Shown here: positions 25,559 to 32,000 of the stretch, piece after piece
Position numbering within the stretch: the stretch's first letter is position 1
Layout: each line of letters starts with the position of its first letter
Source of the DNA: Prochloron didemni P4-Papua_New_Guinea
Lineage (GTDB): Bacteria; Cyanobacteriota; Cyanobacteriia; Cyanobacteriales; Prochloraceae
Length of the DNA stretch: 32,000 nucleotides
NCBI GenBank assembly: GCA_000252485.1
Contig: JH610995.1
Span: 7,369-39,368, forward strand
Direction: 5' to 3'
Position numbers and translations under genes: made by a program
Notes under the pieces: model-generated
What the model was told of the DNA's origin: nothing
What the model saw: only the letters and a program-made list of their open reading frames with translations
Databases searched by the model: none

Positions 25559-26851
25559 ATGATAGAAATAAGCAAATATTCCCAAACCAATCCACGTTTT
25601 CAAGAGATTTTAAACCGGAGTGTAGAAGTTGATACCAAAACTATTGCCACAGTATCGGAAATTATTGAAGATGTGAGAGTAAATGGGGATAAAGCTCTAT
25701 TTAGCTACATGAGTAAGTTTGATGGAGTAGACTACTCCCAAAAATCACCAAAGTTGACAGCTAGTGAAATTGAAGCAGCAGTTAAATCTACCGAACCCAA
25801 GTATTTAGAGGCAGTAAAAAGTGCTTGTGAAAATCTGAAGAAATATCATGAAAAACAAGTTCCCAAAAACTACCATGTGGCCATGGAGGATGGGGCCAAA
25901 CTAGAACGTCACTATTTCCCTATCGAGTCCATTGGGATTTCCGTTCCAGCAGGGGTAGCCCCCCTAGCATCTTCTCTCTATATGAACCTGATTCCAGCTT
26001 TAGTGGCAGGAGTTTCTCGCATCGCAGTAATTAGTGCCCCTCGCTCGGGAACAGTTCAAAAGGAAATTGTCGCTATTGCAGCACATTTTGGCGTGAAAGA
26101 AATCTATGGTATTTCTGGGGCTCAAGGAGTAGCCGCTCTTGCCTATGGAACGGAGACAGTACCCCGGGTGGATAAGATAGTAGGACCGGGAAATATTTGG
26201 GTATCTACAGCCAAAAAACTTCTTTACGGAACGGTGGGAATTGACTTTTTGGCTGGACCTTCAGAAGTGGTTATCTTTGCCGATGAATCGGTTAATCCGG
26301 AACATATTGCGATCGATTTGTTAGCCCAGGCAGAACACGGTACTGGGCTAGAAGCAGCTATTGCTTTTGTTTCTTCTGAAGAGAAGGCACAAGAAATTAA
26401 AAGTTGTTTGAACAAAATAGTTGAACGAAATGAGTTAGAAAGTTCCGTGGGGCAATCTCTCAAAACCTACGGCAATATTTTTCTAGTAGATAGTTGGTCA
26501 GATGCAGTAGAAGGCTGCGAATTGATAGCGCCGGAACATGTAGAATTAGCTTGTGAAAATGCAGAAGAAATAGCACCTCAATTGAGGAAATACGGGGCCT
26601 TATTTATTGGGGAATATACCCCAGAAGCAGTGGGAGATTATTATGCGGGAACTAATCATGTTTTGCCAACCCAAGGAACGGCAAGGTTTTCTTCTGGTTT
26701 GACTGTTAATGACTTCATGAGATCTTCTGCTACAGTACGCTACGATCGCGAAATTTTGAAGCAGAATGCAGAGAAAATAGCAGTGTTAGCGGAAGTAGAA
26801 AAGATGAAAGCTCATAGACTCTCGGTGTTGATGAGAACTGGTAAGGAGTAG
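25559..26851 (+). CDS. hisD: Histidinol dehydrogenase
   Basis: 430 aa. ...VPAG.APL.SS..M..IPA.VAGV..I...SP, GPGN.WV..AK, QAEHG and APEH.EL are HisD hallmarks. Confidence 0.93.
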   Translation: MIEISKYSQTNPRFQEILNRSVEVDTKTIATVSEIIEDVRVNGDKALFSYMSKFDGVDYSQKSPKLTASEIEAAVKSTEPKYLEAVKSACENLKKYHEKQVPKNYHVAMEDGAKLERHYFPIESIGISVPAGVAPLASSLYMNLIPALVAGVSRIAVISAPRSGTVQKEIVAIAAHFGVKEIYGISGAQGVAALAYGTETVPRVDKIVGPGNIWVSTAKKLLYGTVGIDFLAGPSEVVIFADESVNPEHIAIDLLAQAEHGTGLEAAIAFVSSEEKAQEIKSCLNKIVERNELESSVGQSLKTYGNIFLVDSWSDAVEGCELIAPEHVELACENAEEIAPQLRKYGALFIGEYTPEAVGDYYAGTNHVLPTQGTARFSSGLTVNDFMRSSATVRYDREILKQNAEKIAVLAEVEKMKAHRLSVLMRTGKE

Positions 26852-26876
26852 AAATATAGGAGTTGACAGTTGATAG

Positions 26877-27016
26877 CTCCTGAGGTCGAATTCAAAATTC
26901 AAAATTCAAAATTCAAAATTTAATTCGTGGCGAATGTCTCCGCAAAAAATGGCAGAAACTAGAAAAGCCTTATTCCTCTTGGGTTTTAGCTTGTTGTCAA
27001 TTTCAAGATTCGGTCG
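26877..27016 (-). mobile_element. Family D 140-bp MITE-like element, copy 3 (reverse orientation)
   Basis: Reverse complement aligns end to end with 19946-20085. In element orientation the flanks are ...ACTGTCCACT and CTATCAACTGTCAACT. Confidence 0.7.
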
Positions 27017-27061
27017 AGTGGACAGTGGGTGTGTTCAAAAGTAGTCGAAGAAAGTTTTTTC

Positions 27062-27082
27062 GTAGGGTGGGCATTGCCCACC
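27062..27082 (+). repeat. 21-nt palindromic motif GTAGGGTGGGCATTGCCCACC
   Basis: Exact copy of 21091-21111. Confidence 0.9.
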
Positions 27083-27128
27083 ACGGCATCTATCGCTGTA
27101 GTCAAAAGCAGTTGACCGAATATTATCT

Positions 27129-27773
27129 CTACAAAACACCTTTAGAACTAGGAATAGCACTAGCACGACGGGGATCTATTTCTACCGCCATACGCATTGC
27201 TCTAGCAAATGCCTTAAAAGTTGCTTCAATGATATGATGAGAATTAATCCCATCCAATTGCCTAATATGTAGAGTCATTTTACTATTGTTGGCTACCGCT
27301 ACGAAGAATTCTCGCACCAGCTGAGTATCGTAACTGCCAACCCGCTGGGTGGGAATCTCCAAACCGTAGCTGAGATGGGGTCGCCCGGAAAAGTCCAGGG
27401 ATACTTGAACGAGGGCTTCGTCTAAAGGAGCGATGAAATGACCGAAGCGAACGATACCCTTGCGATCGCCCAATGCTTTGGCCAAAGCTTGCCCTAGAGT
27501 AATGCCCACATCTTCATTACTGTGGTGGTCGTCAATTTCCAAATCCCCAGTTGCCTTGATATCCAAGTCAATCAGTCCGTGGGAGGAGATTTGGTGGAGC
27601 ATGTGGTCCAAAAAAGGAATCCCGGTGGCAGCGCTACAATGACCCCCACCATCCAGGTTGAGGGAAACTCGTACATCTGTTTCCTTAGTAGTGCGCTGGA
27701 TTGAAGCAGTTCGGGTTAGTAAAGACTGCTCTAAGTTTAGAGAGTTGGGGACTTGTAGCTCTTTGGTCTGCAT
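27129..27773 (-). CDS. hisB: Imidazoleglycerol-phosphate dehydratase (monofunctional)
   Basis: [23 protein letters not shown]...HG..DL...A.GDL.ID.HH..ED.GI.LG and SSKG.L are IGPD signatures. ATG at 27773 preferred; the 28 extra N-terminal codons of the track ORF are a translated heptamer array plus palindromic motif. Confidence 0.92.
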   Translation of the reverse strand: MQTKELQVPNSLNLEQSLLTRTASIQRTTKETDVRVSLNLDGGGHCSAATGIPFLDHMLHQISSHGLIDLDIKATGDLEIDDHHSNEDVGITLGQALAKALGDRKGIVRFGHFIAPLDEALVQVSLDFSGRPHLSYGLEIPTQRVGSYDTQLVREFFVAVANNSKMTLHIRQLDGINSHHIIEATFKAFARAMRMAVEIDPRRASAIPSSKGVL

Positions 27774-27849
27774 GGTTGTTTGTTGTTTGTTATTTGTTGT
27801 TTGTTGTTGGTTGTTTGTTGTTTGATTTGTAGGGTGGGCATTGCCCACC
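27774..27849 (+). repeat. Composite repeat: degenerate (TTGTTTG/TTGGTTG) heptamer array plus 21-nt palindromic motif
   Basis: The array starts at the base adjacent to the hisB start codon. The motif is at 27829-27849. Confidence 0.9.
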
Positions 27850-27913
27850 ATTCCCATATTTAAACTTATAAGCTATTCCGTGTTAATATAAAGCAAGAGC
27901 GTCTTAAAATTTC

Positions 27914-28213
27914 ATGAACAATTCGAGCCAAAAAGAAATTGCCGTGAGCCTTCTGATTTCCGGTAAAGTACAAAGAGTTGGCTATCGTTTCTCCACCCAA
28001 CTTCAAGCGCGGCAATTAGGTCTTAGGGGTTGGGTGCGTAATCTTGCTGACAGTAGAGTAGAAGCAGTGTTTGAAGGGGACAGCCCCCTAGTGGAACAGA
28101 TGGTTAAATGGTGTCATCTGGGACCATCTGCGGCAGTGGTGGAGAATGTTCGTGTTGAGGAAATAGAGTCTCAAGCACTGCAAAAATTTGAGATCAGGTC
28201 TTCACACCCTTAA
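27914..28213 (+). CDS. acyP: Acylphosphatase, copy 1 (variant loop VQRVGYR)
   Basis: 99 aa. ISGKVQRVGYRFS...GWVRN..D..VE is the acylphosphatase signature, but with Arg (AGA, 27974-27976) where the consensus V-Q-G-V has Gly. Confidence 0.85.
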   Translation: MNNSSQKEIAVSLLISGKVQRVGYRFSTQLQARQLGLRGWVRNLADSRVEAVFEGDSPLVEQMVKWCHLGPSAAVVENVRVEEIESQALQKFEIRSSHP

Positions 28214-28263
28214 AACCGAAGCTTTATGTTAATCTGGCGGTAAAAATGGAGGAAAAAAATTCA

Positions 28264-28839
28264 ATGAATTCTTACACTATCAAGCTCGAGCCTATTGTCC
28301 AGTTAGACCAAGATAAATTCTATCAACTTTGTCGGCAAAATCCAGATATCAAATTAGAAAGTAACAATCGAGGAGCAATAATCATCATGTCCCCTACAGG
28401 AGGAGAAACAGGTAACCGCAATGCGGAAATTATTGCCGATTTTGGTATTTGGAACCGACAGGCTAAATTAGGTAAAGTATTTGACTCCTCTACTTGTTTC
28501 CGATTCCCCAATGGTGCAAATCGTTCTCCAGATGTTTCTTGGATTCAACAAGCAAGATGGGATAAATTAACTATCGACCAAAAGGAAAAATTTCCGCCCA
28601 TAGTACCAGATTTTGTTCTGGAATTGATGTCTCCCAGCGATAGCTTAAAAGAGATTCGGGAGAAAATGGAAGAATATAGAGACAGTGGAGTGAAACTGGG
28701 TTGGTTAATTAATCCCAAAAAACGAACTGTCGAAATTTATAGACCCGGACAAGAAAAAGAAACTAAAAAAAATCCTGGTAGCTTATCCGGGGAAGATATT
28801 TTACCAGGTTTTGTTCTGGACTTGGCAGTTATTTGGTAA
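28264..28839 (+). CDS. Uma2-family (DUF820) putative endonuclease, tandem copy 1
   Basis: Same hallmarks as 9700-10275. The ATG at 28264 (MNSYTIK) is preferred because the upstream extension of the track ORF is out of frame in the sister copy. Confidence 0.85.
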   Translation: MNSYTIKLEPIVQLDQDKFYQLCRQNPDIKLESNNRGAIIIMSPTGGETGNRNAEIIADFGIWNRQAKLGKVFDSSTCFRFPNGANRSPDVSWIQQARWDKLTIDQKEKFPPIVPDFVLELMSPSDSLKEIREKMEEYRDSGVKLGWLINPKKRTVEIYRPGQEKETKKNPGSLSGEDILPGFVLDLAVIW

Positions 28840-28850
28840 TAATTTTCAAG

Positions 28851-28915
28851 TTGGTTGTTGGTTGTTGGTTGTTGGTTGTTTGTTGTTTGATTTGTAGGGT
28901 GCGGCACTGCCCACC
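28851..28915 (+). repeat. Composite repeat: (TTGGTTG)n heptamer array plus 22-nt palindromic motif
   Basis: ttggttgttggttgttggttgttggttgtttgttgtttgatttGTAGGGTGCGGCACTGCCCACC. Confidence 0.9.
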
Positions 28916-29008
28916 ATTTCCACATTTTTACTTATAAGCTACAGACTGAAGAGACTAAAATTATAATTTATCGTAATCTAACGGTTCTCCGTCTGAGTTA
29001 TTTGACTT

Positions 29009-29030
29009 GTAGGGTGCGGCACTGCCCACC
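29009..29030 (+). repeat. 22-nt palindromic motif GTAGGGTGCGGCACTGCCCACC
   Basis: Exact copy. Followed by attcaaa..tcgttattaacaagaaaa, as at 30106-30127. Confidence 0.9.
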
Positions 29031-29081
29031 ATTCAAATATCGTTATTAACAAGAAAATACCCAAGAGTATCTTAAAATTTT

Positions 29082-29381
29082 ATGAACAATTCCAGCAAAA
29101 AAGAAATTGCCGTGAGCCTTCTGATTTCCGGTAAAGTACAAGGAGTTGGCTATCGCTTCTCCACCCAACTTCAAGCGCGGCAATTAGGTCTTAGGGGTTG
29201 GGTGCGTAATCTTGCTGACAGTAGAGTAGAAGCAGTGTTTGAAGGGGACAGCCCCCTAGTGGAACAGATGGTTAAATGGTGTCATCTGGGACCATCTGCG
29301 GCAGTGGTGGAGAATGTTCGTGTTGAGGAAATAGAGTCTCAAGCACTGCAAAAATTCGAGATCAGGTCTTCATATCCTTAA
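29082..29381 (+). CDS. acyP: Acylphosphatase, copy 2 (consensus loop VQGVGYR)
   Basis: Differs from copy 1 at about 7 nucleotides by manual alignment. Codon 29142-29144 is GGA (Gly). Confidence 0.88.
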   Translation: MNNSSKKEIAVSLLISGKVQGVGYRFSTQLQARQLGLRGWVRNLADSRVEAVFEGDSPLVEQMVKWCHLGPSAAVVENVRVEEIESQALQKFEIRSSYP

Positions 29382-29433
29382 AACTGAAGCTTTATGTTAA
29401 TCTGGAGGGAAAAATGGAGGGAAAAAAATCTCA

Positions 29434-30009
29434 ATGAATTCTTATACTATCAAGCTCGAGCCGATTGTCCAGTTAGACCAAGATAAATTCTATCAACTTT
29501 GTCGGCAAAATCCAGATATCAAATTAGAAAGTAATAGTCGAGGAGCAATAATCATCATGTCCCCTACAGGAGGAGAAACAGGTAACCGCAATGCGGATTT
29601 AACAGGACAATTTTGGCTCTGGAACCGGCAGAATCAGCTAGGGAAAGTATTTGATTCTTCTACCTGTTTCCGATTCCCCAATGGTGCAAATCGTTCTCCA
29701 GATGTTTCTTGGATTCAACAAGCAAGATGGGATAAATTAACTATCGACCAAAAGGAAAAATTTCCGCCCATAGTACCAGATTTTGTTCTGGAATTGATGT
29801 CTCCCAGCGATAGCTTAAAAGAGATTCGGGAGAAAATGGAAGAATATAGAGACAGTGGAGTGAAACTGGGTTGGTTAATTAATCCCAAAAAACGAACTGT
29901 GGAAGTTTATAGACCCGGACAAGAAAAAGAAACTAAAAAAAATCCTGGTAGTTTATCCGGTGAAGATATCTTACCAGGTTTTGTGTTGGATTTGCAAGTT
30001 ATTTGGTAA
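29434..30009 (+). CDS. Uma2-family (DUF820) putative endonuclease, tandem copy 2
   Basis: Near-identical to 28264-28839 except for a 46-nt patch (29598-29643). Confidence 0.85.
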   Translation: MNSYTIKLEPIVQLDQDKFYQLCRQNPDIKLESNSRGAIIIMSPTGGETGNRNADLTGQFWLWNRQNQLGKVFDSSTCFRFPNGANRSPDVSWIQQARWDKLTIDQKEKFPPIVPDFVLELMSPSDSLKEIREKMEEYRDSGVKLGWLINPKKRTVEVYRPGQEKETKKNPGSLSGEDILPGFVLDLQVIW

Positions 30010-30020
30010 TGGTTTTAAAG

Positions 30021-30127
30021 TTGGTTGTTGGTTGTTGGTTGTTTGTTGTTGGTTGTTTGTTGTTGGTTGTTTGTTGTTGGTTGTTTGTTATTTGTTTCTA
30101 GGTTTGTAGGGTGCGGCACTGCCCACC
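30021..30127 (+). repeat. Composite repeat: long (TTGGTTG/TTTGTTG)n heptamer array plus 22-nt palindromic motif
   Basis: The array runs 30021 to ~30096. The motif is at 30106-30127. Confidence 0.9.
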
Positions 30128-30193
30128 ATTCAAACGTCGTTATTAACAAGAAAACTTTCAATTGTCAATTCTCATTATTTATTGTTATACTGA

Positions 30194-30215
30194 GTAGGGT
30201 GCGGCACTGCCCACC
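30194..30215 (+). repeat. 22-nt palindromic motif GTAGGGTGCGGCACTGCCCACC
   Basis: Exact copy. Confidence 0.9.
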
Positions 30216-30635
30216 ACAGCTTCCCTGAGCTATAGTCAAAAGCAGTATCAATAATCTCCTGACGGACTGTAGTTACAGGATTCTGAAAAAACTAGACTCT
30301 TCTACCCAACTGGTTTTGACCACACCCCTCCAGATAGCTTATCAGCCCCTGACGGGGGCTCATTATCTCCAAGTCCCGTCAGTCTTTAGTTAAGTTTTAT
30401 TACAAAAAACCGAATAATTAGGTTTCAAGCCCAAAATTTAGATATCTTTTTTTTGAAAAAATAGATAACTGATGAGGGAACGATGAAAAATAACAACCAG
30501 CAAATATTTTCCACCAGTGATTTCATCGTAAAACCTATTATAGTTCAATACATGGTATATTAATGAAATTCGAGAATAAAGCTAGTCTTGCAATTGTAAA
30601 ACCAGCAGTGTCATAGTACACAGACCTAGTTGATT

Positions 30636-32000
30636 ATGGAAGATTTTTTTGCAGAAGAAATAGGACTGATTTTTGGCAGCAACCATGCCTTGCTATTAGA
30701 GATTGGTGGGGGCAAATTGGTGTTTGGCGGTGCGGGGGCAGATATTATTGGTGCAGCCGCTCTGGGTACTGGGTCTAGTTATCGGGTTTACGGCGGTACC
30801 GGTGATGACGAGCTAATCGGGAAAGAATGGGACCGCCTTTTTGGGGGAGAAGGAAATGACACCCTGGACGCATCAGCGGGAAGTGGAAACAATCGTCTCT
30901 ATGGGGGCGAAGGTAATGATGGAATTCTAGGCGGCAGTAATGACCGCCTTTTTGGAGGCATGGGTGACGATACTTTAGATTCTACTAATGGCGAGGAAAA
31001 CAGACTTTATGGTGGCGAGGGGGATGACTGGCTCTTGGGGGGCAAGAGGGATTATTTGGTTGGAGGTCTTGGGGATGATACTTTATCAGGAATGGGAAAT
31101 AGCACTCTCCAGGGAGGAGAAGGCCATGACCAATTTTGGATTACCTCAGTCGAACCACCAAACTCCCCCAATTATATTAAAGATTTCCGTTCAGGCGAAG
31201 ATACTATTGGAATTGATGTAGAGCAAGTAGACAGCTTCTCCGACTTAAATCTGGTCCAAAGGCATTACTGGACTCATATTCGCCTAGGAACAGATACCAT
31301 AGCCATAGTTTGGGGCAGCGGACTAGATGAAGATGATATCATCTTTGCCCACCATCAGGATGTAACGGCACCGATTCTCGACGCGGAATTGCTCAACGAC
31401 ACAGGTAAAAGTGCAGAGGACGGCGTTACCTCGGATGGTACGGTGGTTGGGAAAGTGACAGATGATGGGGACATTGTCAGTTTGACTGCCCAGTTCCTAT
31501 GGAATGAAATAGAAATTGAATTGAAAGAAGATGGTAGTTTCAGCTTGAACCACCAAGATTTAGAGCAACTTTATGGCAGTAATTTAGCAGATGGGCGGCG
31601 CAGTTTTACCCTATGGGCAAAAGATGCAGCGGGCAATATTAGTGAACAAACAATTTCCTTCGTTCTCGACACCACACCAGCAGATATTTCCCTAGATTTG
31701 AAGAATGACACAGGAGCAGACAGCACCGATACCGTTACGACAGATCCTGGCATTATAGTAAACTTGACTGATAGTTCACAGATAGTTTCCATAACCTACG
31801 GATTTGGCAGCACCCCAGTAGAAAGTTTTGCGGAGCTAACCGCTTTTGTTCAAGCAGATGGCAGTTTCAGCTTAAACAGGGAACAGCTTGAAGACATTAA
31901 CCAGGCTAGTTTATCAGATGGCGCTCACAGTTTAACCCTATTAGTAGAAGATGCAGCAGGTAATAATACTCAGGAAACTTTTTCCTTTATTCTAGATAAT
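30636..32000 (+). CDS. RTX-repeat protein with Ig-like adhesin-type repeats, 3'-truncated by the window edge (not in the ORF track because it has no stop)
   Basis: I translated from the ATG at 30636 to base 32000 (455 codons) and found no stop. VYGGTGDDELIG, LFGGEGNDTLD, LYGGEGNDGILG, LFGGMGDDTLD and LYGGEGDDWLLG are RTX nonapeptides. Then come repeats beginning D.TAP/DTTPA...L.NDTG.S..D..T.D and ending AGN...T.SF.LD. Confidence 0.8.
   Translation, partial: MEDFFAEEIGLIFGSNHALLLEIGGGKLVFGGAGADIIGAAALGTGSSYRVYGGTGDDELIGKEWDRLFGGEGNDTLDASAGSGNNRLYGGEGNDGILGGSNDRLFGGMGDDTLDSTNGEENRLYGGEGDDWLLGGKRDYLVGGLGDDTLSGMGNSTLQGGEGHDQFWITSVEPPNSPNYIKDFRSGEDTIGIDVEQVDSFSDLNLVQRHYWTHIRLGTDTIAIVWGSGLDEDDIIFAHHQDVTAPILDAELLNDTGKSAEDGVTSDGTVVGKVTDDGDIVSLTAQFLWNEIEIELKEDGSFSLNHQDLEQLYGSNLADGRRSFTLWAKDAAGNISEQTISFVLDTTPADISLDLKNDTGADSTDTVTTDPGIIVNLTDSSQIVSITYGFGSTPVESFAELTAFVQADGSFSLNREQLEDINQASLSDGAHSLTLLVEDAAGNNTQETFSFILDN

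Larger units (their letters stand above)
27904..30127 (+). repeat. Tandem segmental duplication (2 units, offset 1168-1170 bp) of acyP + Uma2 + heptamer/palindrome tail
   Basis: acyP starts at 27914 and 29082. Uma2 stops at 28839 and 30009. The sequence between is almost identical apart from the patch at 28428-28473 / 29598-29643. Confidence 0.95.

Noticed and set aside
30484-30567. 27-codon ORF (MKNNNQQIFSTSDF...) upstream of the second RTX gene
   Set aside because: It is too short, AT-rich and has no recognisable motif or SD. It is probably non-coding leader sequence.
1-32000. tRNA, rRNA, tmRNA, integrase or prophage content
   Set aside because: Scanning the intergenic regions by eye revealed no cloverleaf-compatible segments, rRNA-like conserved blocks or phage/integrase genes. 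A tRNAscan/Infernal run would be needed to exclude small RNAs formally.

Overview
This is a chromosomal window from a repeat-rich cyanobacterium. The evidence is frequent HIP1 GCGATCGC sites, acpP-fabF-tkt synteny and typical cyanobacterial dispersed repeats. A filamentous lineage is only an inference.

Core genes:
- acpP-fabF-tkt on the minus strand, and dtd.
- An HdrB-like CCG-domain protein, an M48/TPR peptidase and a GT2 glycosyltransferase.
- A loose histidine cluster: an IMPase/HisN-like gene, hisC, hisD and hisB.

Accessory content:
1. A divergent gene pair at 10612-13281 is the main candidate for a new system. It encodes a 687-aa protein with a canonical TIR plus a SLOG-like Rossmannoid domain, and a small ThsB-like (DUF1863-type) TIR protein. 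I read this as a Thoeris-like signalling defence module in which a TIR takes the place of the SIR2 effector. It lies beside two nuclease-fold genes (Uma2 and a PD-(D/E)xK-like ORF), abuts a truncated thioesterase gene, and is bracketed by a perfect 36-bp direct repeat.
2. A type II R-M pair (m5C methyltransferase plus NotI-like endonuclease, ATGA overlap) sits between hisC and hisD, bracketed by copies of a dispersed repeat.
3. A 5'-truncated IS200/IS605 tnpA element.
4. Two modular RTX-repeat exoproteins, one carrying three ~735-bp tandem PPC-domain units.
5. A 1.17-kb tandem duplication of acyP-Uma2 with a mosaic patch.

Intergenic DNA is saturated with at least five dispersed repeat families, heptanucleotide tandem arrays and a 21-22-nt palindromic motif. 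One 140-bp MITE-like element shows a filled/empty site pair with a 16-bp duplication. I saw no tRNA, rRNA or CRISPR array by eye. All family assignments rest on motif recognition, not on searches.
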